A stretch of DNA of 60,350 nt, taken from contig CAZNZQ010000002.1 of NCBI GenBank assembly GCA_964577675.1, positions 1-60,350 on the forward strand, read 5' to 3'. The notes under the pieces are model-generated. The model worked only from the letters and a program-made list of their open reading frames with translations, was not told where the DNA came from and made no database searches. The stretch's first letter is position 1; every line of letters begins with the position of its first letter. Shown here piece by piece: positions 35,372-46,131 of the stretch. Position numbers and translations under genes: made by a program. The stretch is from an uncultured Candidatus Saccharibacteria bacterium. Lineage in GTDB: Bacteria; Patescibacteriota; Minisyncoccia; Phycocordibacterales; UBA5272.

Positions 35372-36427
35372 TTAGTGCGAATGTGTTTCAAAGCGTAAGT
35401 ACCTCTGCCTGTTCTCATTGTATTCACGTATTGCCTGGTCAAGCGTAGCGACCGCTTCGACTGGATGCTTGCCGAGAGTTGTTTCGTCTGAGAGCATAAG
35501 ATACGTTGCGCCATCAACCAGAGCCTCAATGGCATCTGTCATCTCAGCTCGTGTTGGAATCGGGGACTCTTTCATGGAGGTAAGCATTTGGGTGGCAACA
35601 ATCACGGGAGTATTCTTGTTGTTAGCGATTAGGCATAGCTCCTTTTGCACCAAAGGAATTTTCACAGCAGGTATCTCAACCCCCAAATCGCCTCGCGCGT
35701 ACATGACGATATCGGAAGCGTCTAAGATTGTGTCTAAATTATGAAGCGCAAGCTTGGTTTCAATTTTAGAGATAATTTTTGCTTGAGAACCCATGTCGTC
35801 CAAGATTTTTCTCAGATTTGTGACGTCTTCTTTGGTTCGTACAAACGACAGTGCAACAGCGTCTACTTGCATAGAAGAGAGGCTGTTTTTCAAGTCTTGC
35901 ATGTCCTTTTCGGTGATGGTGTCAATTGGGATAAGTGCATCGGGAATATTTACTCCTTTGTATCCTTCCAGCACTCCCCCTCGTATAACCTCACACAGAG
36001 CATCATCCTCCTTTACCTCAAGAACACGTAGTTCCATTTCTCCGTCGTGAAGGAAAATGGACATAGAGGGTTCTAGGTATTTATGTATCTCTGGAACATC
36101 AATTGCGAGAGATTCTTTTGTGCACATCAGCGACTCGCTTCGTATGAAGACTTGCTCCCCACTTGTCAGCTCAAGCGTGCCGTTTTCAACAGCACACAAA
36201 CGCATTTTGGGGCCACGTAAATCCACAAAAAACATAATGTTTTTATTCATTTCTTTGGCAACCGTCAAGATTCTTTGTTGTCTCCTTGTGTGCTCTTCGT
36301 TATCGCCATGACTCATGTTGAAGCGGAACCAAGAGACGTTCTTAGAAATAATTTGTTTAAGTGTGTCATCGTTATCAAGACTCGGGCCGGCTGTTACTAT
36401 TATTGAAGTATCTGTAAGCGTGTTCAT
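35372..36427 (-). CDS. pyk: Pyruvate kinase, short form (no C-terminal regulatory domain)
   Basis: Contains FRFNMSHG, DLRGPKMR, ARGDLGVEIP and VIVATQMLTSM. It is only 351 aa. Confidence 0.9.
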   Translation of the reverse strand: MNTLTDTSIIVTAGPSLDNDDTLKQIISKNVSWFRFNMSHGDNEEHTRRQQRILTVAKEMNKNIMFFVDLRGPKMRLCAVENGTLELTSGEQVFIRSESLMCTKESLAIDVPEIHKYLEPSMSIFLHDGEMELRVLEVKEDDALCEVIRGGVLEGYKGVNIPDALIPIDTITEKDMQDLKNSLSSMQVDAVALSFVRTKEDVTNLRKILDDMGSQAKIISKIETKLALHNLDTILDASDIVMYARGDLGVEIPAVKIPLVQKELCLIANNKNTPVIVATQMLTSMKESPIPTRAEMTDAIEALVDGATYLMLSDETTLGKHPVEAVATLDQAIREYNENRQRYLRFETHSH

Positions 36428-36442
36428 GATGTTGTAGGCTTT

Positions 36443-38098
36443 CTAATAATGCGTATCGAAATATACAGAGGGCGTCTCCTTCACCTCCTTGTGCGAACTT
36501 TTCCCGGTGTCGTCTATGTCATATATGACAACCCCGCCGAACATCATTTCGACGTTCTGTATATCTTCGTCGCTTATGTTTTCAATATACTTTATAAGTG
36601 CACGAAGAGCGTTACCATGAGACACGACGAGGACATTTTCTCCGAGCTTGAGACGAGGAAGAATCTCGTTAATATAATAAGGGACTATTCTTTCGTATAC
36701 ATTACGTAAGGTTTCACCATTTGGTATTGCAACGTCCCAACCTCTCCGTGTTCTTTCAAAAAGCTCTTCGCCTAAGATATTCTTCATCTCGTGCTTATTC
36801 TTTCCGGTGTAGTCGCCGTAATCACGCTCATTAAGGGCTGCGTCTCTTGTAATTGGTACAACTGGCTGCTGTATTGTGCCAAGGATAGAGGACAGTGTTT
36901 CTAAGGTTCTAATTTGAAGTGATGCGTAGGCTCTGTGAATGGTTATCGAGCGGATAGCCTCACCAAGAAGTCTTGCATCCTCGAAGCCTTTTAAGCTTAG
37001 CTTCGCATCTCGCGTTCCAGTCCATATACCCTTCTCGTTCCATTCAGATTCTGTGTGCCTCACAAGGAGGAGTTTCCCTGTCGTAACTACATTTCCATGC
37101 ACCTCATTAATAACTGTACCACTCAAAAAAGAGGAAATGTTCTCACCAGTTGTTGCGTTAATCCTCCCTACCGCTTCCTTGGTGTTGTACGCAATATGAG
37201 GAGTAAGAATAACGCGCGGATGGGCCAATAGGGAATTGATAAAAAAGGACTCTTCGAGAAGTTGGTGAGGCTCGCGATGCGAAATATCTGTTATTTTACA
37301 ACGCTCCTTAAGAAGTGTCTCCCCCTCGACAACATCGAGTGCGCACGCTCCTACTTTGTTGGTGTCGAGTGCTACGATGAGTGCTTTGGTATCAATGAGC
37401 TCACCTCGAGCGGTATTGATGATGTATACACCAGTTTTCATGAGGGAAAACATCTCACTATTGAGAAGATGGTGATTTTCTTTAGTGAAAGGACTATGAA
37501 GGGTGATAACGTCCGAGGACTTACATAGATCCACGAGGTTGCAGTATTGGAAACCAAGCGTCACAGCTGCGTCCTTATCCTCGTGAGGGTCAAACGCGAT
37601 AACATCCATTCCGAATCCTTTTGCTATTTCTATGACGCGCTTTCCAATCTTGCCGGTGCCTATAATCCCAAGGGTCTTTTTATTAAGATCCATGCCTCGG
37701 ATAAGGGGTGGGTCAATACATACATTCTCTTTTACAGATTTTATAGTTTCTGGGATCATTCTACTTAAGCTAAGTAAGAGTGAAAAAGCGTACTCCGCAA
37801 CAGTGTGTTCGCCATAGCTAGGGACGACCACTACCGGAATACCACGTTCTTTTGCTTTTGCCATATCAACGTTATTAAACCCTGCTGATCTGCAACTGAT
37901 TAGGCGCAGTGAGGGCATCGCATCGATAAAGTTACTAGAAAGATTGCTTGAAACAAAGATGGAGATTATTTCCGCATCGCTATGAATGTTGCCCTCCGCA
38001 ATCGATTCCGTATAAAAAGCGCATTCGTGGCCTTCTAGAGATGCGAGGAGCGCTTCCTTATCTCCTTCGTGTATATCGTAAAAATAAATTTTTGCCAT
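36443..38098 (-). CDS. Fusion: D-2-hydroxyacid (D-lactate-type) dehydrogenase + cofactor-dependent phosphoglycerate mutase
   Basis: The N-terminal ~330 aa carry GIIGTGKIGK, NTARG and TPHIAYNT. The C-terminal ~215 aa carry LVRHTESEWN, NERDYGD and VSHGNALRAL. Confidence 0.85.
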   Translation of the reverse strand: MAKIYFYDIHEGDKEALLASLEGHECAFYTESIAEGNIHSDAEIISIFVSSNLSSNFIDAMPSLRLISCRSAGFNNVDMAKAKERGIPVVVVPSYGEHTVAEYAFSLLLSLSRMIPETIKSVKENVCIDPPLIRGMDLNKKTLGIIGTGKIGKRVIEIAKGFGMDVIAFDPHEDKDAAVTLGFQYCNLVDLCKSSDVITLHSPFTKENHHLLNSEMFSLMKTGVYIINTARGELIDTKALIVALDTNKVGACALDVVEGETLLKERCKITDISHREPHQLLEESFFINSLLAHPRVILTPHIAYNTKEAVGRINATTGENISSFLSGTVINEVHGNVVTTGKLLLVRHTESEWNEKGIWTGTRDAKLSLKGFEDARLLGEAIRSITIHRAYASLQIRTLETLSSILGTIQQPVVPITRDAALNERDYGDYTGKNKHEMKNILGEELFERTRRGWDVAIPNGETLRNVYERIVPYYINEILPRLKLGENVLVVSHGNALRALIKYIENISDEDIQNVEMMFGGVVIYDIDDTGKSSHKEVKETPSVYFDTHY

Positions 38099-38164
38099 AG
38101 GTATTTACTGCAGTGTATCACTTTTTTATAAAGTACTTGAGGATATCTGTTATACTTTTTTAAT

Positions 38165-39430
38165 ATGAAGATACAAAGTATTACCCCACGCATGATACTA
38201 GACTCACGTGGGTATCCAACAGTAGAGGTTGATTGCGTTTTGGAAGACGGCTCCACTGGAAGAGCGAGTGTTCCTTCTGGCGCATCAACAGGTTCTCATG
38301 AGGCGGTGGAGTTGCGTGACGGTGGAGTGGAGTATGATGGGAAGGGTGTCTATAAAGCAATTCAAAACATCAGCGGACCTATTACAAAAATGCTAATTGG
38401 TAGAGATATTGTTTCTCAGCGTGAGCTCGATGCGCTACTTATAAAGCTAGATGGTACTGACAATAAATCCCGATTAGGCGCCAATGCCACTCTCGCAATG
38501 TCACTCGCATACGCTAAATCATGCGCTATAAGTAAAGGGATCCCCCTTTATAAGCACTTACGTGAAATATACGTTTGGTCAAAGGATCCTGTGGTGCCGG
38601 TGCCACTCATTAATGTTTTAAATGGAGGAAGACATGCAAGTTCTTCTACAGATATTCAAGAGTGGATGATAGTGCCAATTAAAGCAATCTCATTTGCTCA
38701 AGCCATGGAGCAGTCGGCAAAAGTTTTTTACGCACTAAGAGAGATTATGAAACAGAGAGGGTCTTCGGCGGTTGGTGACGAAGGAGGGTTCCCAATTTCA
38801 AATGTATCTTCAAATAGACAGGCTCTCGCCATCTTGATTGAAGCAATAGGCAAGACGGATCTTATTTTAGGACAAGATATTGCCTTTGCGTTAGATGTCG
38901 CTGCTAGTGAATTTTACTCAGATGGCGCTTATTCTTTACAAAGGGACAACGTAACTCTTTCTGAGTCACAAATGATAGTGTATCTAGAGGAGCTTGTGCG
39001 CGATTATCCGATTGTGTCTATTGAGGACGGGCTCTCAGAAGACTCCTGGGGTGGTTGGCAGCAGCTGACTAACTCCTTAGGGGGCTCTGTTCAACTTGTA
39101 GGAGACGATCTCTTTGTTACTAATACGCAGTATATTAAGAAGGGCGGAGAAGAAAATGTAGCAAATGCAGTATTAATTAAGCCAAATCAAATTGGAACTC
39201 TTTCGGAAACGGTAGACGCAATAGAGTTAGCTCATAAACTAGGGAAGCGGACCATTGTGTCTCATCGGTCAGGTGAGACAGAAGATACGACAATCGCTCA
39301 TCTAGCTGTCGCCTCTGGGTGTGGCCAGATTAAGACTGGCTCACTTTCTCGTTCAGAAAGGCTGGCAAAATATAATGAGCTTCTGAGAATTACAGAAGAT
39401 GGGGTTCCTTATGCCTCGAAAATAGTCTAA
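38165..39430 (+). CDS. eno: Enolase
   Basis: Contains SRGYPTVEVD, LIKPNQIGT and SHRSGETED. The ATG lies 8 nt after TATACT. Confidence 0.95.
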   Translation: MKIQSITPRMILDSRGYPTVEVDCVLEDGSTGRASVPSGASTGSHEAVELRDGGVEYDGKGVYKAIQNISGPITKMLIGRDIVSQRELDALLIKLDGTDNKSRLGANATLAMSLAYAKSCAISKGIPLYKHLREIYVWSKDPVVPVPLINVLNGGRHASSSTDIQEWMIVPIKAISFAQAMEQSAKVFYALREIMKQRGSSAVGDEGGFPISNVSSNRQALAILIEAIGKTDLILGQDIAFALDVAASEFYSDGAYSLQRDNVTLSESQMIVYLEELVRDYPIVSIEDGLSEDSWGGWQQLTNSLGGSVQLVGDDLFVTNTQYIKKGGEENVANAVLIKPNQIGTLSETVDAIELAHKLGKRTIVSHRSGETEDTTIAHLAVASGCGQIKTGSLSRSERLAKYNELLRITEDGVPYASKIV

Positions 39431-39464
39431 ATAATAGCTATAATTTTGCCATTATCAATGACAC

Positions 39465-39493
39465 TTGACATATTACTCAGTCTAGATTATAAA
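39465..39493 (+). promoter_or_regulatory. Promoter TTGACA-17 nt-TATAAA upstream of grpE-dnaK-dnaJ
   Basis: The -35 box is at 39465-39470 and the -10 box at 39488-39493, about 110 nt before grpE. No CIRCE inverted repeat was seen. Confidence 0.5.
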
Positions 39494-39603
39494 AATATGG
39501 TACGATAGGTATTCCTGGCAACCTCAGACCTCGATAGACACACCGAACGATACAAGAAATTGATAATGATTATTGAATTAAGATTTAGTTTCTTTTACAA
39601 CCT

Positions 39604-40194
39604 ATGACTGAAGACCACAAAGAAGAACATCTAGAAAACGAAGAAACTCAAAATGAAGAAGTAACTTTTGAAGACGTAAATGACGAAGGAGAGCTTGACG
39701 CTAAAGCTACGCTTAAAAAGCTGCGAGAAAAGATCAAAAAACTTGAAGTAGAAAAGCAAGAGTATTTAGATCTTAGTCAGCGTACTAGAGCAGACTATGC
39801 TAACTTTAAAAAAGAAGTAGAGGCATCTAGAGTATCTGATCGAAAGTTCGCTTCAAAGCGTCTCATTGAAGATTTGCTCCCGACGCTCGACTCATACGAT
39901 ATGGCCAAAGGGAATAAAGAAGCGTGGGAAAAGGTGAACCAGAATTGGAGAGTAGGCATCGAATATATATTCGGACAACTTCGCACTGTACTCGAGAATC
40001 AAGGTGTTGTGCAATTTGGAACGGTTGGTGATGTCTTTGATCCGCAACTTCACGAAAGTATGGAAATGGTTCCTGTTGTAGATGAGAGTGAGAATGACAA
40101 AATTGTGAACGTTCTCCAGTCCGGGTACCGCATGCATGACACGGTTCTTAGACCAGCAAGGGTTAAAGTGGGGCATTTTGAAAAACAAAATTAA
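39604..40194 (+). CDS. grpE: Nucleotide exchange factor GrpE
   Basis: Acidic N-terminus, a coiled-coil and a C-terminal GYRMHDTVLRPARVKV. Confidence 0.9.
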   Translation: MTEDHKEEHLENEETQNEEVTFEDVNDEGELDAKATLKKLREKIKKLEVEKQEYLDLSQRTRADYANFKKEVEASRVSDRKFASKRLIEDLLPTLDSYDMAKGNKEAWEKVNQNWRVGIEYIFGQLRTVLENQGVVQFGTVGDVFDPQLHESMEMVPVVDESENDKIVNVLQSGYRMHDTVLRPARVKVGHFEKQN

Positions 40195-40218
40195 TAACAA
40201 CTAAATACATATATATTT

Positions 40219-42096
40219 ATGGCAAAAATAATTGGAATCGACTTAGGAACAACCAACTCAGCTGTCGCTATTATTGAGGTGGGTCAGCCGAAGATCATTG
40301 AGAACATCGAGGGTAATCGCACTACGCCATCTGTTGTGTCAGTCAACAAAAATGGTGAGCGTTCAGTTGGCCAGATTGCAAAGCGTCAGGCAGTAACCAA
40401 CCCAGAGAATACTGTCTACGGTGTTAAGCGCTTCATGGGGCACTCATTTGCTGACAAAGAAGTACAGTCAGATATCCCTCGTGTAGCGTACAAAATCAAA
40501 TCTAGCGACAATGGCGGGGTGCTCATCACGCTCGGAGGTAAAGAGTCTCGACCAGAAGAAATCTCAGCGATGATTCTTCAGAAAATCAAGGCAGACGTAG
40601 AAGCAAAGACAGGAGAGACCGTAACCCAAGCAGTTATTACTGTGCCTGCTTACTTTAATGATACACAACGACAGGCAACCGTGGACGCAGGCAAAATCGC
40701 AGGACTCGAAGTGATGCGCATTATCCCAGAACCAACAGCAGCAGCACTCGCTTACGGATTCAACTCTCAGAAGAATGAAAAGATCGCTGTGTACGACTTT
40801 GGAGGAGGGACTTTCGATATCTCTATTCTCGAGGTGGGTGAAGGAGTTGTAGAAGTGAAGTCTGTAGATGGTGACTCTCATCTAGGAGGTCGCGATATCG
40901 ACCAGAAATTCGTAGAGTATATCGCTAGCGAGTTCAAGAAGGACCAGGGGATTGATATCTCAAAGGATCCGCTTGCGCTACAGAGACTTGATGAAGCAGC
41001 TGAGAAGGCTAAGCATGAGCTCTCGACTCAGGTAGAAACAGAGATCAACATACCGTTCATTACCTCAGGTGCTGATGGACCTAAGCACTTACTTATTAAA
41101 GTAACGCGCGCAAAGCTTGAAGAAATTGCAAAGGAATTCGTTGACCGTTCAATTGAGATAACCAAGCGCGCTATCGAGAACTCTCCATTTAAGAAAGAAG
41201 AAATTCATGAAATCATTATGGTGGGAGGACAGACTCGTATGCCAATGATTGTAGAAGCTGTGAAGGCGCTCTTCGGTAAGGAGCCTAACCGATCTATCAA
41301 CCCAGACGAAGTGGTCGCCCTTGGTGCTGCTGTCCAGGCGGGTGTTCTTCAGGGAGATGTAAAGGACGTGCTTCTACTTGACGTTATCCCGCTTTCTCTT
41401 GGTATCGAAACCATGGGAGGAGTAGCGACTAAGCTTGTTGAGAAGAACATGACTATCCCAACATCAAAATCGCAGATCTTTTCTACTGCAGCGGATAATC
41501 AGACGTCTGTTGAAATTCACATCACACAAGGTGAGCGCGGTATGGCATCTGACAACAAGTCTCTCGGAAGATTTATCTTAGATGGTATTCCGCCAGCTCC
41601 TCGTGGTGTCCCTCAGGTTGAGGTTACCTTTGACGTGGACGCTAACGGTATTCTTCAGGTGAAAGCTAAGGACAAGACTTCAGGCAAGGAACAGTCCATT
41701 CGCATTGAGGCATCTTCTGGACTATCAGATGAAGACATTAAGCGTATGCAGCAGGATGCAGAAGCGCATGCCGAAGAGGATGCGAAGAAGAAAGAATTAG
41801 CTGAAGAGAAGAACCTAGCTGACGCGCTTTCTCACACAGCAGAAAAGGCGCTACGTGACGCAGAAGGGAAGATCGGAGATGACATCAAGAAAGAAGTAGA
41901 AGAAAAAATATCTACACTTAAGACTGCTCGTAATGGCGATGATAGTTCTGCTATTAAGTCTGCAACCCAAGCTCTCTCTGACGCCATGATGAAGATAGGT
42001 GAAGCTATGAAGACTGCGAATGATAACACCTCAAAAGAAGCTGAGCAGACAACGGCCGCTGAATCAGAAACCAAAAAAGAAGACGAAACAAAATAA
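40219..42096 (+). CDS. dnaK: Chaperone DnaK (Hsp70)
   Basis: Contains [18 protein letters not shown] and the EEVD-less acidic tail. Confidence 0.97.
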   Translation: MAKIIGIDLGTTNSAVAIIEVGQPKIIENIEGNRTTPSVVSVNKNGERSVGQIAKRQAVTNPENTVYGVKRFMGHSFADKEVQSDIPRVAYKIKSSDNGGVLITLGGKESRPEEISAMILQKIKADVEAKTGETVTQAVITVPAYFNDTQRQATVDAGKIAGLEVMRIIPEPTAAALAYGFNSQKNEKIAVYDFGGGTFDISILEVGEGVVEVKSVDGDSHLGGRDIDQKFVEYIASEFKKDQGIDISKDPLALQRLDEAAEKAKHELSTQVETEINIPFITSGADGPKHLLIKVTRAKLEEIAKEFVDRSIEITKRAIENSPFKKEEIHEIIMVGGQTRMPMIVEAVKALFGKEPNRSINPDEVVALGAAVQAGVLQGDVKDVLLLDVIPLSLGIETMGGVATKLVEKNMTIPTSKSQIFSTAADNQTSVEIHITQGERGMASDNKSLGRFILDGIPPAPRGVPQVEVTFDVDANGILQVKAKDKTSGKEQSIRIEASSGLSDEDIKRMQQDAEAHAEEDAKKKELAEEKNLADALSHTAEKALRDAEGKIGDDIKKEVEEKISTLKTARNGDDSSAIKSATQALSDAMMKIGEAMKTANDNTSKEAEQTTAAESETKKEDETK

Positions 42097-42124
42097 GTAA
42101 GGTGTGCTAGAATAACCTCTATCT

Positions 42125-43195
42125 ATGGCAAAAGACTACTACAATGTTCTCGGTATAGAAAAAGGTGCGACAAAAGACGACATAAAGAAAGCTTTTTACA
42201 AGCTCGCTGCTAAGTATCATCCAGATAAGAAAGGTGGGGACGAAGCTAAGTTCAAGGAAATTAACGAAGCATACCAAATTCTCTCTGACGAACGAAAGAG
42301 GAAAGAATATGACACCTATGGTCAGACTTTTAACGGAGCAGGACCGCAAGGTGGAGGTTTCGGTGGATTCAACCAAGGAGACTTCTCTGACATGCAGTTT
42401 GATTTTGGTGACTTAGGAGACATCTTTGGGGACATGTTCGGCGGAGGTTTTGGAGGAGCCAGAGAAAAGCGTGGGCGTGATATCTCTCTTGAGATTGACG
42501 TGCCTTTTACCGAGGCAGTCTTTGGAACAGAAAGAAACGTTCTTATTTCAAAAGTTTCATCTTGCGTAACCTGTACTGGAACCGGGGCTCGTCCTGGAAC
42601 AAAGAAGAAGACATGTACTACATGTAATGGGCAAGGAAAGGTGAGAGATGTGAAGAAAACATTCATGGGGAGCTTCCAGACTGTTCGTACATGTGATGTA
42701 TGTCACGGACAAGGACAGGTGCCTGAAGAGAAGTGTAACGACTGTCGCGGTGCTGGTGTGCTCAACAAGCGTGAAGAGATTCACATCACTGTGCCAGCAG
42801 GCATTTCTAACGGCGAAATGATTCGCATGTCAGGCATGGGGGAGGCTGTTCAAGGAGGTATCACAGGTGACCTTTATGTAAAGGTGAATGTTATCACTCA
42901 TAAGCTTTGGAAGCGTGAAGGCAATGACTTGGTTATTACTCATGAGATAAAGCTAACAGACGCTCTTCTCGGGGCGAAGCATTCGATAGACGGACTAGAT
43001 GGCAGTATCGACATCGAAATTATTCCAGGAGCAACCCACGGCGAGACGCTTCGTGTTAAAGGACGTGGTGTTCCCCATATCCACGAAAAAGGTAGACGCG
43101 GGGACGTGCTAGTAAAGCTCTCAATAGCTATGCCTAAGAAACTTTCACGCAAGGCGCTCGCTTTCGTCGAAGGGCTAAAGGAAGAAGGGTTGTAG
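42125..43195 (+). CDS. dnaJ: Co-chaperone DnaJ
   Basis: J domain with HPD, a G/F region and four CxxCxGxG repeats. Confidence 0.95.
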   Translation: MAKDYYNVLGIEKGATKDDIKKAFYKLAAKYHPDKKGGDEAKFKEINEAYQILSDERKRKEYDTYGQTFNGAGPQGGGFGGFNQGDFSDMQFDFGDLGDIFGDMFGGGFGGAREKRGRDISLEIDVPFTEAVFGTERNVLISKVSSCVTCTGTGARPGTKKKTCTTCNGQGKVRDVKKTFMGSFQTVRTCDVCHGQGQVPEEKCNDCRGAGVLNKREEIHITVPAGISNGEMIRMSGMGEAVQGGITGDLYVKVNVITHKLWKREGNDLVITHEIKLTDALLGAKHSIDGLDGSIDIEIIPGATHGETLRVKGRGVPHIHEKGRRGDVLVKLSIAMPKKLSRKALAFVEGLKEEGL

Positions 43196-43232
43196 AGCGA
43201 GCTGGTAGTTACTAATCACTGGTTACTAGTTA

Positions 43233-43266
43233 GGAAAGCGCGGCCGAAGGTCGCGCATTCCTTTTT
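43233..43266 (+). terminator. Intrinsic terminator after dnaJ
   Basis: ggaa-gcgcggcc-gaa-ggtcgcgc-ttcc followed by ttttt. Confidence 0.75.
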
Positions 43267-43312
43267 CATTCAGAAGAGTAGAATACGGATATTTATAGGT
43301 AATCAAGAAAGT

Positions 43313-44656
43313 ATGCCACTTACTATTTCCATAGTTTTTTATGCAGTCGTTATGCTGGCAGTTGGACTCTACGCTGCTCGTAAAGTAAAGACATCAACAG
43401 ACTATGTTTTAGCTGGTCGCTCACTCCCATTTTATATGGCGCTCGCTACAGTCTTTGCGACATGGTTTGGGAGTGAGTCAATTTTAGGCACGTCGGCTAA
43501 TTTTGCACAGGGAGGTTTTTCTAATATCATCGAGGACCCGTTTGGCTTCGCTCTTTGTCTCATCATTATCGGTATCTTCTTTAATCGCAAGCTCTACGGT
43601 CTTAACTTCCTAACAATAGGCGATTATTTTAAACATAGATATAACACACTCATCGCTGTATTTCTTTCTACGGTTATTATAGTGAGCTACTTTGGTTGGG
43701 TGGCTGCGCAATTCTTGGCGCTTGGTCTAGTTATCTCAACACTGTTTGCAAGTATCAGTTTGCCTGTGGCGATTATTGTTTCCGCGGCGCTCGTTGTCCT
43801 CTACACATATTTCGGAGGAATGTATTCAGTCGCAATGCTCGATACTATACAGTCTCTAGTGATTGTTATTGGGCTTTCTATTATTTCATTTTTCTTGGTG
43901 AGTGAAGTAGGTGGTTTCTCGCTGTTGTTACAGGGAACGCCGGAGTCCTATTTTACGTTTACTCCAGGATCGTCAGGGAATCTTACTGAGTGGCTCGTCT
44001 TCCTTACTGCGCTTATGACTGCAGCTTTTGGTAGTATTCCTCAGCAAGACGTCTACCAGCGTGCGATGAGTGCCAAGAGTGCTACTGTTTCTATGTGGGC
44101 GTCCATCACAGGCGGGTTCGTATATCTTATTATAGTGATGCTTCCGCTTTCAATTGTGGCTGCAGCTCGTATTCTGTATCCAGACTTGGCTGCTGCAGAT
44201 ATCGAGAACCTCCTGCTTAGAACTATACAAGAGCATACGCCAGTCGTGATACAAGTCCTTTTCTTTGGGGCGCTTATATCCGCTATTGTGTCTACCGCGT
44301 CTGGCGCACTGCTTGCCCCTGGGACACTTCTTGCAGAGAACATAGTAAAACCATTTTACAAAAATATTAGCGACACACTTCGTCTCCATATTATTCGTAT
44401 AGCGGTGATTGTGGTGGCGGTAGTTGGGGTGTCTCTTGCTCTTAAGGACGATGCGCGTATTTATGACTTGGTAAGTAGCGCCTACAGTGTGACGCTTGTT
44501 GCTGGGTTTATACCACTTGCATTTGGTCTCTATACGAAATGGGTCAATGCGTTTGGTGCTTTCTTCTCAGTAACTGCAGGTATCATGTTTTGGCAAGCGG
44601 CTGAAAGAATAGGAACCGAATTCCTCCGACATTTATCGGCTTCTGTGCTTCCTTGA
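43313..44656 (+). CDS. Sodium:solute symporter family (SSF) transporter
   Basis: About 12 TM segments. The N-terminal YVLAGRSLPFYMALATVFATWFGSESILG is an SSF-type pattern. Confidence 0.6.
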   Translation: MPLTISIVFYAVVMLAVGLYAARKVKTSTDYVLAGRSLPFYMALATVFATWFGSESILGTSANFAQGGFSNIIEDPFGFALCLIIIGIFFNRKLYGLNFLTIGDYFKHRYNTLIAVFLSTVIIVSYFGWVAAQFLALGLVISTLFASISLPVAIIVSAALVVLYTYFGGMYSVAMLDTIQSLVIVIGLSIISFFLVSEVGGFSLLLQGTPESYFTFTPGSSGNLTEWLVFLTALMTAAFGSIPQQDVYQRAMSAKSATVSMWASITGGFVYLIIVMLPLSIVAAARILYPDLAAADIENLLLRTIQEHTPVVIQVLFFGALISAIVSTASGALLAPGTLLAENIVKPFYKNISDTLRLHIIRIAVIVVAVVGVSLALKDDARIYDLVSSAYSVTLVAGFIPLAFGLYTKWVNAFGAFFSVTAGIMFWQAAERIGTEFLRHLSASVLP

Positions 44657-44737
44657 TTGCCATTCTTGTCGGTTCCTACGTCGGGAATCTCATAGAAAAT
44701 AATAAAAATATTCAAAACGTTTAAGAGACAATAAAAT

Positions 44738-44763
44738 GAAAAGACCCTCGTGAGGGTCTTTTC
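44738..44763. terminator. Bidirectional terminator between the convergent transporter and kinase-like genes
   Basis: gaaaagaccctc-gt-gagggtcttttc. Confidence 0.8.
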
Positions 44764-44773
44764 ACGAAGGTCA

Positions 44774-45283
44774 TTAGCATAGATGGAGTTGCCGAGCGTC
44801 AAAGTAGCTAACTGAGTCAAAACCCTCCTCCTCGATGTCACGGCTCTCCTTTTCCATTAACGCGAAGTCACTCGCGTATGTGTAAAGCTTAGGGATGTGC
44901 TTTTTACCGAGTGCCAGCTCCCGTTTGCAAAATTGTCGGTAGCTGACCTCTAGCGGGGTTACGACACGTATAGCTGTCACTCGAGTGAAACCAGAATCTC
45001 TCAATCTTTCGACGAGTCTCGCCCTCTCGCTTTTATAGCCAGTGAAAGCGTCCAGCAGAACATGGTCGCTTCTCGCCGCCGCCGCCATCAGCGTCTCGAA
45101 CATGTAAGCTATTTCCCATTCTGGGTTATAGCTATAGGGATTAAAGTATCTTTGTCCACCGTTGAGCTTGAGCCTGATGGCGTCTCGGTCGACGAGAGGG
45201 TATTCAGTTACCCTTGAGTAATATGAGGCCAGAGTTGACTTCCCGGTCCCTCTCCAGCCGACAAACAAAGAACATGTTGTCAT
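44774..45283 (-). CDS. P-loop NTPase/kinase-like protein (AAA_33/zeta-toxin/Pnk-like fold)
   Basis: Walker A is GWRGTGKST and a Walker B-like segment is HVLLDAF. GGAG lies 9 nt before the ATG. The sample line (44941-45000) counts 31/60 G+C. Confidence 0.55.
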   Translation of the reverse strand: MTTCSLFVGWRGTGKSTLASYYSRVTEYPLVDRDAIRLKLNGGQRYFNPYSYNPEWEIAYMFETLMAAAARSDHVLLDAFTGYKSERARLVERLRDSGFTRVTAIRVVTPLEVSYRQFCKRELALGKKHIPKLYTYASDFALMEKESRDIEEEGFDSVSYFDARQLHLC

Positions 45284-45379
45284 TACGATAAACTCCGTAA
45301 TATTAATTTAACTTACACTACAATATATTTTTTACTATGTAAATAAGTGTCTAAGTCACAGCAGGAAGGCAGCTTTATT

Positions 45380-46129
45380 ATGGTAGAATGGTCACATATG
45401 GAACTATTATTGCCACTTTTTATTGTTGTATGTGTTCTCACTGTTAGCGGTCTTCGTGTTGTTGATCAATACGAAAGAGCGATCGTGCTTACGCTCGGTA
45501 AGTTCACTTCGATGCGAAGCGCTGGACTTACATGGATATTCCCAGGGATTCAGAGAATGATAAAAGTGGACATGCGTATACGAACAGTAGATATCCCTCA
45601 GCAGGAAGTGATCACGAAAGATAATGTGCCACTTAATATTAACGCTGTAGTCTACTATCAGATAGAAGATGCAGAGAAAGCTATTCTTAACATCCAAGAC
45701 TACCCAGTAGCCGTTGCTGACTTTTCTCAGGTGGCGCTGTGTGATGTTGTTGGTGGGTTCGAGCTAGATAATGTTCTCTCTGAGCGTGAGGTAATAGCAG
45801 ACAGGATAAAAATAATAGTTGATAAGACAACTGAAAGTTGGGGAATCAATATTACAGCCATCAAGCTTCAAGACATTGAGCTCCCTGATGACATGAAGCG
45901 TATTATGGCTAAGCAAGCGGAGAGCGAACGAGAGAGACGCTCAGTAATCATTAGAGCAGAAGGAGAGCTTGAAGCATCTAAGAAGCTAGCAGAGGCTGCC
46001 AAGGTGTTAGCTGAGACCAATGGAGGTCTCGCCATGCGTACGCTTCAGACAATTGAGAAGTCTAGCAACAATACCGTTTGGGCAATACCGACAGAAATAT
46101 TACAAGGCTTCGCTAATTTTAAGAAATAG
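45380..46129 (+). CDS. SPFH/band-7 (stomatin-like) membrane protein
   Basis: N-terminal TM segment, then DIPQQEVITKDNVPLNINAVVYYQI and a coiled-coil AKQAESERERR. The start is uncertain (GTG 45347, ATG 45380 or ATG 45398). Confidence 0.85.
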   Translation: MVEWSHMELLLPLFIVVCVLTVSGLRVVDQYERAIVLTLGKFTSMRSAGLTWIFPGIQRMIKVDMRIRTVDIPQQEVITKDNVPLNINAVVYYQIEDAEKAILNIQDYPVAVADFSQVALCDVVGGFELDNVLSEREVIADRIKIIVDKTTESWGINITAIKLQDIELPDDMKRIMAKQAESERERRSVIIRAEGELEASKKLAEAAKVLAETNGGLAMRTLQTIEKSSNNTVWAIPTEILQGFANFKK

Positions 46130-46131
46130 AT

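Noticed and set aside
39431-39603. CIRCE/HrcA operator upstream of grpE
   Set aside because: There is no TTAGCACTC-N9-GAGTGCTAA-like inverted repeat. Only a plain promoter-like element was found.
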